Shown here: piece by piece, positions 17,489 to 27,384 of the stretch
How the letters are laid out: each line of letters starts with the position of its first letter
How positions within the stretch are numbered: position 1 is the first letter of the stretch
Assembly (NCBI GenBank): GCA_028707495.1
Contig: JAQWAS010000006.1
Coordinates: 664 to 64,663, forward strand
Length of the DNA stretch: 64,000 nt
Origin: Patescibacteria group bacterium
GTDB taxonomy: Bacteria > Patescibacteriota > Patescibacteriia > UBA2591 > JAQWAS01
Direction: 5' to 3'
Position numbers and translations under genes: made by a program
The notes under the pieces: model-generated
The model's input: only the letters and a program-made list of their open reading frames with translations
The model's database searches: none
Told to the model about the DNA's origin: nothing

Positions 17489-18157
17489 TTAATATTTTAA
17501 TGTTTTAAGAAATTCTTTAGCTAGTTGGCTTGTTTGTTTAGAATTATTATTGAATAATCGCCAAACAACAGCAATATTAGCATCATTAAAAATAGCACGT
17601 TTAACTTCTTTAATATTTTCGCCTCCAGCAATGGAAATTAAAACACGATAGGTTGCTTTAATTAAGTGAATTTGATGATAAGGAATTTGTTTTTCTCTAT
17701 TATTAGATTCATCAACTCCTCGATGAAGAATAACAACATCAGGAATTAATTTTAATTTTTTTAAAATTTCAAAAGGAAATTCAACATTCATCATATCAAT
17801 CATTGAATCAATATTATGTTTAACACAATTAGAAATAAATTCGTTTATTGTTTCAATTGGAGCTAATCCTAAACAAGTGGCCGCCTGAGCGCCAGCGCGG
17901 GAAATTGACGCGATTTCTCGTGAACCACGATCCATACATTTTAAATCAGCTACAATATATCCTGGTTTGCCAAGTTTTTTTTGCCAATAATTTTTAAGAT
18001 AAACAATGCCCTGTTCGCCATAAGTTTTTATTAAAGGCGTACCCGCTTCAATTAAAATTCTATCTGAAGTTGGTAAAGAATCAATCATTTGTTTAATTTC
18101 ATCTAAAGATTGATTAAAGGCAATTTGCAAATAAGTTTTTCTATGATTAAGAGTCAT
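17489..18157 (-). CDS. 3-hexulose-6-phosphate synthase-like (OMPDC/HPS barrel), copy 1
   Basis: IEAGTPLIK, ADLKCMD, DMMNV, LHRGVDE, IAGG. Confidence 0.75.
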   Translation of the reverse strand: MTLNHRKTYLQIAFNQSLDEIKQMIDSLPTSDRILIEAGTPLIKTYGEQGIVYLKNYWQKKLGKPGYIVADLKCMDRGSREIASISRAGAQAATCLGLAPIETINEFISNCVKHNIDSMIDMMNVEFPFEILKKLKLIPDVVILHRGVDESNNREKQIPYHQIHLIKATYRVLISIAGGENIKEVKRAIFNDANIAVVWRLFNNNSKQTSQLAKEFLKTLKY

Positions 18158-18274
18158 AAATTTTTTGAAATTTATTGATTATCAAAAATAAATTATTAAT
18201 ACTTTATTATATAATATTTTTTGTTTTTGTGCATTTTTAACAAAAGAAAAATCACCGGCGTAGAGTCGGTGATT

Positions 18275-18478
18275 TTATTCTCTTAGCTCAATAAGCATAC
18301 AAGCATAGAGATATAAATTGACAAGAGTTATCCAACGGTGATTATAAATCGATGCGCCTATTTGGCTATACCGATTAGCTTCTTTAAAAATTTTTTTACG
18401 GAGTTCTCTAACAGTATTTTTTAATTGTTCGAGAGTCATTATCTCAAGCAATTTTTCATTTAAAGTATCAAGATCCAT
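18275..18478 (-). CDS. Hypothetical small protein (ORFan cassette)
   Basis: AAGGAGG SD, own promoter at 18503-18531, terminator at 18248-18276. Confidence 0.65.
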   Translation of the reverse strand: MDLDTLNEKLLEIMTLEQLKNTVRELRKKIFKEANRYSQIGASIYNHRWITLVNLYLYACMLIELRE

Positions 18479-18593
18479 TTATCCTCCTTCATTTTTATTT
18501 TAACCTTACCAAATTTTAATTTTTATGTCAAGGGTAAATAAAAAAACCGTTTATATAAAAACGATTAATCTTAAAAATAAAAATTAAAACAAA

Positions 18594-20171
18594 TTACCAG
18601 GCCTTATTAACTTCTACATCAGTATAAAAATATTTAATAATTTCTTCAAAATTCATATCGCGATTTTTAGCCATATCCCAAGCGCCCCAAGCGGACATAC
18701 CGACGCCATGGCCAAAGAGTTCTTCGCCATCATCGTAAGGCACATATTTGGGTTGAATCCAAGGCTTATCACTACCGCCCCAGACTTGAGACCAAAGTTT
18801 AGTCATGCCATCACTGCGAGCGAAATAGGGCGTGATAGCTATTTGATTATTATAAGTTGCAACTAAACCTTGAGTATTTTCAACAGCTTGAACAACATTG
18901 GGGGACATTAATTCACGATCATAGCCACGATAATATTGATCGCCCGGATGTGAAGTTAAAGTAAAATGACGAACTTGATGGCGGGAAGGATTTAAAATGT
19001 TATACAAGGCATAGGTGCGTTCAGCAATAGTCATTGATTCGAGATAGGCCATGGGATTGACATTGCCAGTTTCAGCCATACCCTTTAAATAATCCTCCAT
19101 TGTTAATTCGTTAATTACCCAAAATTTATTATTATCTTGAGGAACGTAGCGTAATTCTAATTTGCCACGAAAACGAGAATAGACACCCCATTCGTCACGA
19201 GTTTTGTTAGTCGTAATTTCTAAAATAGTGTTGTCTAGTGGAATAAAGCGTAGGTATTTGTCAGTCATTAAAATACGTTTACCGCCGACATTTACCATAT
19301 AACGTTGAATATCAAAGTCAAAAATAATTTCTGTTTCTTCGCCTTGTGTCTGAGTAAATAAAAGATTGTTTTCAGCGTCAAAAACTTGATAAGGACCATT
19401 GCCAGTAATTTTGACTGGATCTTCAGTTGAATATAAACCAATACGAATGTCAGGTTCTGAGTTGACCAAATTTAAAACTGGAAATTCGTTGAGGTCTTTT
19501 TTTTCATAACGCGTAGGGTTAAAGCGTGGTTCTTCGATTGATGGTTGAGTTTCATTTTCGGGCAGAGACGAAATTTCTTCATCTGGGGTAGAATTATTTT
19601 CAGCAATAATTTCAGCTTGGTCGGGAGTTTCGGGGACTATAATAGTTCGCGGGGCATTGGGATCCTCAATTTTAATAACTAATTCTAAAGTTCCACCTTG
19701 AATCCAGTCTATACCTTTGGAGGCGATTTGGAAATTTTCAACATACAAACCTTCTTGTTCTGGTGCTTGAATAGCAAAACGAAATAAACCGATTTCGCCG
19801 GGTTTAACCGTTGTTGTTGTCATGCGAGTCGGGCAATAATAAGATGGCCAAAAGTCATGTTGAAAAGTGCTGTGGCGACCATAGGGTTTAGCTAAATTTA
19901 AAGCCACTAAATTATCTCCAGAGTTGCGCCAAGTAGCCGTGCCAGTGTTTTTAAATTTAACCCAAAAAGTAAAGCCTTTGCCGGGCGTTAAATTAATAAC
20001 ATAAGGATAACTTTGTTCGACGCGTTGAGCGGTGTAGGAGGCGGCTTGAATTGGTTTTAAAAAAGAAAAACCACCTACAAATGAGGTGTTAAAAAATAAA
20101 ACCAAGACACAAAATTTAAGGCCAATTTTAATAAACTTTTTGAATTTTTGTTTTTGACTACGACAAAGCAT
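18594..20171 (-). CDS. SpoIID/LytB-domain protein with N-terminal Ig-like domain
   Basis: INELTMEDYLKG, ERTYA, DQYYRG, GHGVGMS; TGCTACAAT promoter at about 20193-20201 favours start 20171. Confidence 0.85.
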   Translation of the reverse strand: MLCRSQKQKFKKFIKIGLKFCVLVLFFNTSFVGGFSFLKPIQAASYTAQRVEQSYPYVINLTPGKGFTFWVKFKNTGTATWRNSGDNLVALNLAKPYGRHSTFQHDFWPSYYCPTRMTTTTVKPGEIGLFRFAIQAPEQEGLYVENFQIASKGIDWIQGGTLELVIKIEDPNAPRTIIVPETPDQAEIIAENNSTPDEEISSLPENETQPSIEEPRFNPTRYEKKDLNEFPVLNLVNSEPDIRIGLYSTEDPVKITGNGPYQVFDAENNLLFTQTQGEETEIIFDFDIQRYMVNVGGKRILMTDKYLRFIPLDNTILEITTNKTRDEWGVYSRFRGKLELRYVPQDNNKFWVINELTMEDYLKGMAETGNVNPMAYLESMTIAERTYALYNILNPSRHQVRHFTLTSHPGDQYYRGYDRELMSPNVVQAVENTQGLVATYNNQIAITPYFARSDGMTKLWSQVWGGSDKPWIQPKYVPYDDGEELFGHGVGMSAWGAWDMAKNRDMNFEEIIKYFYTDVEVNKAW

Positions 20172-20301
20172 GGGATAAACTCTTACACTTATATTGTAGC
20201 ATGGATGAAAAAATAACACAATAGTTAATTAGAAATAATAAACTATTGACTTAGTGAGTTGAAAATCTAAAAATATCAATTGAAACGATAAAATAAAAAG
20301 A

Positions 20302-20622
20302 GCCATTGCGAGGAGCGTAGCGACGAGGCAATCTCTTACGAAATAGAATTTAATGCGTTGATTTACGGGATTGCCACGTCGTCGGATTACCTCCTCCTCG
20401 CAATGACACTTCGGAAGTAAGATTGCCGCCTGCCTGCGGCGGGCAGGCGTCGTTCGCCGAATTGGCAAACTCCTCCTCACAATGACACACATCTAAAGTG
20501 TCATGCTGAACTTGTTTCAGCATCTGTAGTTGGATTAAAATTTGTTATTTTAAATAGACATCATGAGTGTTTACAGATCCTGAAATAAATTCAGGATGAC
20601 AAAAGACAAATTCAGAATGACA
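20302..20622. repeat. Cluster of REP/REPIN-like palindromes
   Basis: CATTGCGAGGAG..GCAATC / GATTGC..CTCCTCGCAATGAC; nested GCCTGCCTGCGGCGGGCAGGC; TGTCATGCTGAAC..(20499)/..CAGGATGACA. Confidence 0.85.
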
Positions 20623-20670
20623 TCGATAATCAACAAAAAGTGCAATAAGTGTGTACACATTACCAATATA

Positions 20671-20701
20671 CCTTGACAAGAAATTTAATTTATGCTAGAA
20701 T
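20671..20701 (+). promoter_or_regulatory. Shared ORFan-cassette promoter
   Basis: CCTTGACAAGAAATTTAATTTATGCTAGAAT: TTGACA, 17-nt spacer, TAGAAT, extended -10 TG. Confidence 0.75.
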
Positions 20702-20740
20702 ATAGATAGATAATAATTATGGTTCTTTGATATAATATTT

Positions 20741-20820
20741 AATTGCGAAAAGAACAGACTGTTAATGCGGTTGGTTGGTTATCTGACTGATTGCCTTAGT
20801 GGTCTACTCTTTTCGCAATT
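20741..20820 (+). ncRNA. Long G.U-rich 5' leader hairpin (putative cis-acting RNA)
   Basis: AATTGCGAAAAGA/TCTTTTCGCAATT outer stem; GCGGTTGGTTGG/CTGACTGATTGC inner stem with G.U pairs on the sense strand. Confidence 0.5.
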
Positions 20821-20849
20821 ATACAAAACAAGTTTTCCAAGGAGGAAAG

Positions 20850-21341
20850 ATGGAATGGTGCAAGCAAGACGGTATCATTTATTTCACTGTCACTAGTGAC
20901 ACGACCGGCGAAGGGTGGATCGAGCGTTTCAAAGACCAAGGATTCGATGTTAGCGATTACGCCCAAGGCGTACTTCGTTCACCGGATTTCAAACCGACGA
21001 AGGGAGTGACAAGAAAAATTGCTATCATCATGGGTACAACCTGGGATCATTATAGAGATAGGACCACCAAAAACATCCGTGCCAAGGCATCAGAGCTTGG
21101 CTTTACCACCCCAAGTGGTGAAGTCGCCTGTCTTATCAAAGAGCAATTCTCTGACGAGAAGATTAAAGCCATGGGTCTTTACTGGATTGTCACCATGCAC
21201 GAGCCCATTTATGTTAACGGCGATCCGTTGCTACTCGACGCTAGCATCTCCCGGGTGGTCACGTACTATGGCAATCCCGACAGGAGGTGGAGCCGTGGCG
21301 ATGGGTTCGCTTTCGAGGTCCCGCAAGTTTCTGGCTCTTAA
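20850..21341 (+). CDS. Hypothetical protein, putative DGR variable (target) protein
   Basis: AAGGAGG SD before ATG 20850; C-terminus YYGNPDRRWSRGDGFAF with NNC/NNT codons; GC-richer than its flanks. Confidence 0.6.
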   Translation: MEWCKQDGIIYFTVTSDTTGEGWIERFKDQGFDVSDYAQGVLRSPDFKPTKGVTRKIAIIMGTTWDHYRDRTTKNIRAKASELGFTTPSGEVACLIKEQFSDEKIKAMGLYWIVTMHEPIYVNGDPLLLDASISRVVTYYGNPDRRWSRGDGFAFEVPQVSGS

Positions 21342-21403
21342 GCCTTGGATCTTTGAGCTGTTGAACTTGGAATTTTAGCCCTTGGCTATTGTCGGGGTTA
21401 TGC

Positions 21404-21438
21404 GGGGCGCAATACAATACAAATTGCGCCCCTTTTTT
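21404..21438 (+). terminator. Intrinsic terminator / hairpin
   Basis: GGGGCGCAAT...ATTGCGCCCC followed by a T-run. Confidence 0.8.
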
Positions 21439-21496
21439 ATTTTCAATAGCTAAAAAGACGGATATGAGATATAATGAAATATAAAACAATTTAAGT

Positions 21497-21632
21497 TGTC
21501 ATTCCCGCGTAGGCGGGAATCCAGGGTTAACAACTTTTAACTTTTTATAGAATAAGCCATATTTAATTTAAAGAGATTTTTTAAATTAAAGTATTTATTT
21601 AATCAATCCTGGATCCCCAATTAGGGATGACA
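21497..21632. repeat. REP/REPIN-like paired palindrome
   Basis: TGTCATTCCCGCGTAGGCGGGAATCCAGG ... CCTGGATCCCCAATTAGGGATGACA. Confidence 0.85.
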
Positions 21633-21677
21633 ATAAATTAATTTTTAATTTTTGAGATTTAATTTTTAATTTATTCA

Positions 21678-23120
21678 ATGTCTTTGACTCGTAAAATAGC
21701 ACACCAGACAATTATTCAGACTTTGGGTAAGGTTTTTGGTTTGGTAATTGCTTTGATTAGTATTGGTTTAATCACGCGTTATTTGGGAGCTGAAAAATAC
21801 GGCGTGTATACGGCGGTTTTAGTTTTCCTAAATTTATTTGGCGTGTTGGCTGATTGGGGCTTACATTCAATGTTAATTCAGTTTGCCAGTCAGCCCGGTA
21901 CTGATTTAAATAAAATTTTCAACAACATTTTTACTTTAAGGGTTTTATTACTGATTGGGTTTTTGTTTTTAGCCATCGTTGTCGGTTGGTTAATTCCTGT
22001 TTATTCTTTAGAGATTAAAATTGGGATTACGACGTCCTGTTTAGTTTTGTTTTTTGTCTCAGTTAATCAACTTTTAACCGCAGTTTTCCAACTTAAAATT
22101 AAAATGCAGGCCGTAGCTTGGGGAGAATTTTTAGCCAAATTGACTGGTTTAATTTTTATTATAATCGCTATCTTTTTAAAATTAAATATTTATTTTATTT
22201 TATTAAATGTAGTTTTGGGTGGTTTGGTGAGATTTTCAATTTTATTTTTTAAAGCTAAAAAATATATTCAATTTAAATGGCAATTTGACTTTGATTTATG
22301 GAAAAAAGTTTTAAATAAAACATGGCCATTAGCCTTATCAATTGTTTTTAGTATGATGTATTTTTTAATGGATACAATTATTCTATCTTGGACTCAACCA
22401 AATTTTGACGTTGGGATTTATGGCGCGAGTTATAAAGTTTTAGAAAATTTAATTGTTTTTCCAGTGATGTTTATTGGTTTAGTTTTTCCACTTTTGAGTC
22501 AGAGTTGGCAAAATCAAGATTTAGAAAAATTTAAGCATGTTTTGCAAAAAGCTTTTGATTTTTTAATCATCATTGTTACGCCTTTAATTTTTGGCGGTTA
22601 TTTAATTGGTAATAAATTAATGGTTTTTGTTGCCGGATCAGAATTCTATCTATCTGGTGAAGTGCTTAAAATTTTATTATTAGCTGTTGGTTGGCTGTTT
22701 GTGGGGCAATTATTTGGTCATACGATCATTGCCTTGGATTTACAAAAGAAAATGATGTGGTGTTATTTAATTATTGCGATTATGAGTTTAATTGGCTATA
22801 GTATTTTAATTCCACGTTATTCATATTTTGGCGCAGCTTGGATGACAGTCGGAGCTGAAATGTTGATGGTAATTTTAAGCAGTCTGTTAATTTTTAAAAA
22901 AACGCATTGGCTACCCGAGATTAAAACATTATTTAAAAGTTTATTCGCCAGTTTGATTATGGCTGGGGCGATATATTTAATTTTAGATTTAAATTTGTTA
23001 ATTAATTTAATAATTGGAATTATAGTTTATTTTAGCATCTTATATTTAATTGGTGGTGTTAAGAAGCAAGTTTTGCAAGAGATATTGAGGTTGAAGTATA
23101 ATACCAATGACACTAATTAA
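21678..23120 (+). CDS. Polysaccharide flippase (Wzx/PST family)
   Basis: TRYLGAEKYGVY, DWGL, DTIILS..VGIYGASYK, YFGAAW; many TMs. Confidence 0.88.
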   Translation: MSLTRKIAHQTIIQTLGKVFGLVIALISIGLITRYLGAEKYGVYTAVLVFLNLFGVLADWGLHSMLIQFASQPGTDLNKIFNNIFTLRVLLLIGFLFLAIVVGWLIPVYSLEIKIGITTSCLVLFFVSVNQLLTAVFQLKIKMQAVAWGEFLAKLTGLIFIIIAIFLKLNIYFILLNVVLGGLVRFSILFFKAKKYIQFKWQFDFDLWKKVLNKTWPLALSIVFSMMYFLMDTIILSWTQPNFDVGIYGASYKVLENLIVFPVMFIGLVFPLLSQSWQNQDLEKFKHVLQKAFDFLIIIVTPLIFGGYLIGNKLMVFVAGSEFYLSGEVLKILLLAVGWLFVGQLFGHTIIALDLQKKMMWCYLIIAIMSLIGYSILIPRYSYFGAAWMTVGAEMLMVILSSLLIFKKTHWLPEIKTLFKSLFASLIMAGAIYLILDLNLLINLIIGIIVYFSILYLIGGVKKQVLQEILRLKYNTNDTN

Positions 23121-23149
23121 ATACTAATGACACTAATAGATATAATATT

Positions 23150-24499
23150 ATGACTTTATTTATTTTATTAACATTGTTATTTGCTTTATTTATTTTTTTG
23201 AGTTGGCAAAATATTCAGTTAGCCTTGGGCTTATTATTTTTATGTTTGCCAAGTTATTTGATTCGATTTAATGTCGGATTTTTGCCGACGACAGTTTTAG
23301 AATTGATGATTTTAGCCATTTTTTTAACTTGGTTAGTTAAGAAATTGATTCGACATGAGCGAGTTTTAATTATAAAAAAATGGTTTTGGATTATTTTAAT
23401 GTGGCTGTTGGGTGCGACCTTGGCTTTATTAGTTTCGGCTGACTTAAGGGTGGCGGCTGGGATTTGGAAAGCTTATTTTATAGAACCAATTATAATTTTT
23501 ATAATTTTAATTGATGTTATTCAAAAACGTCGAGACATTAATTTAATTATGCATTTTTTAAGCGTAAGTGTGGTTAGTGTTGCACTTTTAGCGATTTATC
23601 AAAAAATAACGGGTTGGTTAGTACCGATCGAATTTTGGCAAGATGGGCGGATGACGAGTTTTTTTGGTTATCCCAATGCAATTGGTTTATACGTGGCGCC
23701 AATAGTTATTTTACTTTTGGCTCAGATTAAAGAAATTTTTAAAAATAAAAAAGATTTAAAATGGGGAGTCTTTTATTTAATAACTATTATTTTGGGCATT
23801 ATCAGCTTAGTTTTAGCAAAGTCGGAGGGGGCAGTAGTTGGCTTGTTGGCCGGAATTATTTTTTTAGCTTTATTAAGTGGGCCTAGAGAAAGAAAAACCA
23901 TTTTAATTATAATAATTTTAGCAATTTTAATGATAAGTTTTTATCAGCCTTGGCAAGAATATGCTAGAGAAAAAATAACTTTAAACGATTTGTCTGGTCA
24001 GATTCGTCGCCAACAGTGGAAAGAAACCTGGCAGATGTTGCAAGATGGCCGAATTTTAAGTGGTTCGGGTCTAGCCAGTTATCAGATAGCTATTGAACCT
24101 TATCATCAGGATGGGATTTTTTTTAACGCTGAGAAAGACCCTGATTTTAAGCGCAAAATAATTTTATTTAGCGATGAATATAAGGCGGAACACTGGCAAC
24201 CGGTAGAAATTTATTTATACCCGCACAACATAATTTTAAATTTTTGGACTGAATTGGGTTTGGCCGGATTATCAATTTTTATTTTGTGTCTTTTGGAATT
24301 TTTTAAAACTGGTGGATTAATTTTGAAAAATAAAAAAAATTATTTAGTTATCGGCTTGATGGCTAGTATGATTGTTATTTTAATTCATGGCTTAGTGGAT
24401 GTACCGTATTTTAAAAATGATTTAGCTATTTTATGGTGGCTATTTATTGGTTTAATAACAATTTTAGATATTAAATATCAAACGCGTTATGAAAATTAG
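23150..24499 (+). CDS. O-antigen ligase / O-oligosaccharyltransferase family protein
   Basis: R..SFFGYPN, KSEGA, GSGL, PHNIILNFWTELGLAGL. Confidence 0.85.
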   Translation: MTLFILLTLLFALFIFLSWQNIQLALGLLFLCLPSYLIRFNVGFLPTTVLELMILAIFLTWLVKKLIRHERVLIIKKWFWIILMWLLGATLALLVSADLRVAAGIWKAYFIEPIIIFIILIDVIQKRRDINLIMHFLSVSVVSVALLAIYQKITGWLVPIEFWQDGRMTSFFGYPNAIGLYVAPIVILLLAQIKEIFKNKKDLKWGVFYLITIILGIISLVLAKSEGAVVGLLAGIIFLALLSGPRERKTILIIIILAILMISFYQPWQEYAREKITLNDLSGQIRRQQWKETWQMLQDGRILSGSGLASYQIAIEPYHQDGIFFNAEKDPDFKRKIILFSDEYKAEHWQPVEIYLYPHNIILNFWTELGLAGLSIFILCLLEFFKTGGLILKNKKNYLVIGLMASMIVILIHGLVDVPYFKNDLAILWWLFIGLITILDIKYQTRYEN

Positions 24500-25199
24500 A
24501 TTACAAAAATTTTTATCACAAGCCGGCTGTTGTTCGCGTCGGCAAGCAGAGGAATTAATCCAACAAAAAAGGATTAAAATTAATAACCAAGTGGCACGGC
24601 TAGGCGATAAAGCAGAAATTAACAAAGACGAAGTTAGGTTTGATGAGCGTGTTATAAAATTGACTTCGAACTTAATTTATATTAAATTAAATAAACCTAG
24701 GGGATATACTTGCACGCACGGTAAATTTGAAAAAGAAAAAAATATTTTTGAATTAATTAATCTTAAAGAAAAATTATTAATTGTTGGTCGTTTAGATCGA
24801 GAGAGTCGTGGTTTAGTATTATTAACGACAGATGGTGAATTGATGCAACAAATTACGCATCCGAGTTATCGACACGAAAAAGAATATATAGTTAAAATTA
24901 GCCAAAAAATTACCGAAGAAGAAATTAAAAATTTAATCCGAGTTTTTAGGGCTGGACTAGATTTGGGACCCGATTTTGGGAAAGTAAGAGTTAAAAATAT
25001 AGAATATTTGAAACAAAGTCAATTTAAAATAATTTTAATCCAAGGTAAAAAACGACAAATTCGCCAAATGTTTCAAAAATTAAATTACCAAGTTGCTGAT
25101 TTACAAAGAATTAGAATAAAAAACATCAAATTAGAAAAATTAGCAGAAGGTAAATGGCAATATTTAACTCAAACAGAAATTAATAATTTAAAAAAATAA
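24489..25199 (+). CDS. rRNA pseudouridine synthase (RsuA/RluB family)
   Basis: S4 domain RLQKFLSQAG.CSRR, NKPRG, VGRLD, GKKRQIR. Confidence 0.92.
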   Translation: MKIRLQKFLSQAGCCSRRQAEELIQQKRIKINNQVARLGDKAEINKDEVRFDERVIKLTSNLIYIKLNKPRGYTCTHGKFEKEKNIFELINLKEKLLIVGRLDRESRGLVLLTTDGELMQQITHPSYRHEKEYIVKISQKITEEEIKNLIRVFRAGLDLGPDFGKVRVKNIEYLKQSQFKIILIQGKKRQIRQMFQKLNYQVADLQRIRIKNIKLEKLAEGKWQYLTQTEINNLKK

Positions 25200-25214
25200 T
25201 TTAATTTAAAAATT

Positions 25215-25523
25215 ATGAATATAACAAAAATTTTTCCTCAAAGTTTTCTGTGTGCACTCGGTACGACTGCGTATATAATTTTAGTAAGTTTAATAATGAA
25301 TAAGGGCGAACAAATTTTTGGTCAGACAGATGGTGTGGCTGGTCCAATAGCTTTTTTGCTTTTGTTTGTTTTTTCAGCGGCTCTGACTGGAAGTTTAGTT
25401 TTGGGTAAGCCGGTTTTACTTTATTTAGATGGAAAAAAGAAAGAAAGTATCCAGATGTTTTTAACAACTTTGGGTTGGTTATTAATTATGACGATGCTAG
25501 CGTTAGTGTTGAGCGTAGCTTAA
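25215..25523 (+). CDS. Small membrane protein
   Basis: Three hydrophobic segments; LLLFVFSAALTGSLVLGKP. Confidence 0.7.
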   Translation: MNITKIFPQSFLCALGTTAYIILVSLIMNKGEQIFGQTDGVAGPIAFLLLFVFSAALTGSLVLGKPVLLYLDGKKKESIQMFLTTLGWLLIMTMLALVLSVA

Positions 25524-25539
25524 CTAATTCAAAAAATAA

Positions 25540-25625
25540 GGAGAGGTCGCATAGTTGGTCGATTGCGCTGGTTTCGAAAACCAGTAGACTGTAAAGTCTC
25601 GAGGGTTCGAATCCCTCCCTCTCCG
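25540..25625 (+). tRNA. tRNA-Ser (CGA), CCA not encoded
   Basis: CTGGT-TTCGAAA-ACCAG arm, long variable arm, G73. Confidence 0.92.
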
Positions 25626-25652
25626 TTTTTAGGGTTTTATTAAAAAATTTTT

Positions 25653-26411
25653 ATGTCCCAATACTACAAAATCCCACGCGATTCAAGATGGAACTTTGAC
25701 CCCAATCAAAAAAATAACTTTAAACTAAGTCGCTCTAAATTGGCTTTATTTTTAGAATGTCCACGTTGTTTTTATCTTGATAATCGTTTAGGTCTTAAAC
25801 GACCAGCGGGTTATCCTTTTAATTTAAATTCGGCCGTGGATTATTTATTAAAAAAAGAATTTGATATTCATCGAGCTGAAAAAAAACAACATCCTTTACA
25901 GGAAAAATATGGCCTTGATGCTCGGCCGGTAGCACATGAAAAATTAGACGTTTGGCGTGAAAATTTTCAAGGTGTTGAATATTTACACCCTGAAACTAGT
26001 TTATTAATTACCGGTGCGATTGATGATTTGTGGATTAATTCCAAAGGAGAATATATCGTGGTAGATTACAAGGCCACTTCAAAAAATGATGAGATTACAG
26101 AATTAGATCAAGATTGGCAAGATAGTTATAAACGCCAGATGGATATTTATCAATGGTTGCTACGTCGAAACGGACTTAAGGTTTCAGATACAGGCTATTT
26201 TGTTTATTGTAATGGCCGAACCGACACAGAAGCTTTTGATGCCAGATTAGAATTTGATGTGACTTTGGTACCATATAAAGGCGATGACAGTTGGGTCGAT
26301 AAAGCTATTTTAGATGCTTATGAATGTTTAATGTCTAACCAAATTCCAGAATCTAATTCTGAATGTGATTATTGTCTTTATCGTCAAACAATTCAAAAAT
26401 ATCTTAAATAA
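25653..26411 (+). CDS. PD-(D/E)XK nuclease (RecB/Cas4-like)
   Basis: LSRSK..CPRC, GAIDD, VVDYK, QMDIY, CDYC. Confidence 0.85.
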   Translation: MSQYYKIPRDSRWNFDPNQKNNFKLSRSKLALFLECPRCFYLDNRLGLKRPAGYPFNLNSAVDYLLKKEFDIHRAEKKQHPLQEKYGLDARPVAHEKLDVWRENFQGVEYLHPETSLLITGAIDDLWINSKGEYIVVDYKATSKNDEITELDQDWQDSYKRQMDIYQWLLRRNGLKVSDTGYFVYCNGRTDTEAFDARLEFDVTLVPYKGDDSWVDKAILDAYECLMSNQIPESNSECDYCLYRQTIQKYLK

Positions 26412-26413
26412 AT

Positions 26414-27346
26414 ATGATGGATTTGTTTAAAGAAATTTTAGAAAAATATAATTTAGAATTTAAAAAAGATCATCCAGAAATTGAAATTAATGGTAGCCCT
26501 GAACGTTGCCAGCAACGTTGGGTAATTGAAGATCAAGTGGGTGATTTTTTTATTGTTGAAAAAATTTTTAATCATCAAGTTAACCGTCGAGAATATATCA
26601 GTCAAAATTTAGAAAAATTAAATCAAGCTGGTTTAGATAAAATTGAATTATATTTAACAAATAATCAGAATGAGTTTATAACTCAAATTAACAAAGACTG
26701 GTGGCAGATTAAAAAATATATTTTGGGCGTAGATTTGCAACGTCCAGATTATTTAGATGACAGCTGGCGTGGTCAAGTTTTGGCTGACTGGTATTTAGAA
26801 TTTAGTCAAAATAGTTCAAAATTAAACACAATTCCTCAAGCGGTTTTTTCTATTAAAACTTATATTTATGAATTAATTGAAGGGCTTAAAAAATATCAGC
26901 CTAAAGTTTTGAATCAGATTGAACCTGTTTTGAATTTTTTGAACCAAAAGTTTATGTTACAACATGATAAATTAACCAAGAGTTTTTGTCATGGTGATTG
27001 GCATGTGTTAAATATAATTTGGGGAGAACAAGAAATTAAAAAAGTTATTGATTGGGAATTTTGCGGTTGGAAACCGCAAGTCTATGATTTAGCTAATATG
27101 TTAGGTTGTTTAGGAGTTGAACATCCAACGGCTTTTCAAAGAAAATGCGTTTTAAGTTTAATTCAAAAAATAAAAGGGTCTAATTTATTTAATAAATTAA
27201 GCTGGCAAATTTTACCAGAATTTATTTTAGCCTTGCGTTTTGCCTGGTTGGCTGAATGGTTGAGAAAAAATGACCAGCCGATGATTAAATTAGAAATAGA
27301 TTATATGTTTTGGTTAAAAGCTAATGTTGATAAATTAATTGATTAA
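26414..27346 (+). CDS. APH / type II homoserine kinase-like phosphotransferase
   Basis: CHGDWHVLN and IDWEF kinase motifs. Confidence 0.8.
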   Translation: MMDLFKEILEKYNLEFKKDHPEIEINGSPERCQQRWVIEDQVGDFFIVEKIFNHQVNRREYISQNLEKLNQAGLDKIELYLTNNQNEFITQINKDWWQIKKYILGVDLQRPDYLDDSWRGQVLADWYLEFSQNSSKLNTIPQAVFSIKTYIYELIEGLKKYQPKVLNQIEPVLNFLNQKFMLQHDKLTKSFCHGDWHVLNIIWGEQEIKKVIDWEFCGWKPQVYDLANMLGCLGVEHPTAFQRKCVLSLIQKIKGSNLFNKLSWQILPEFILALRFAWLAEWLRKNDQPMIKLEIDYMFWLKANVDKLID

Positions 27347-27384
27347 GAGTTTACTCTTTTTTGTTTTTTATCTATAATATATAT

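Noticed and set aside
20229-20492. 87-aa ORF
   Set aside because: It is a translation of the palindromic repeat cluster.
21019-21489. Overlapping ORFs 21019-21378 (+) and 21259-21489 (-)
   Set aside because: Alternative frames of a GC-richer gene; no SD or motif, and the (-) frame runs through the terminator.
25653-26411. Cas4 of a CRISPR-Cas system
   Set aside because: Stand-alone PD-(D/E)XK nuclease with no cas1/cas2 or array in the window.
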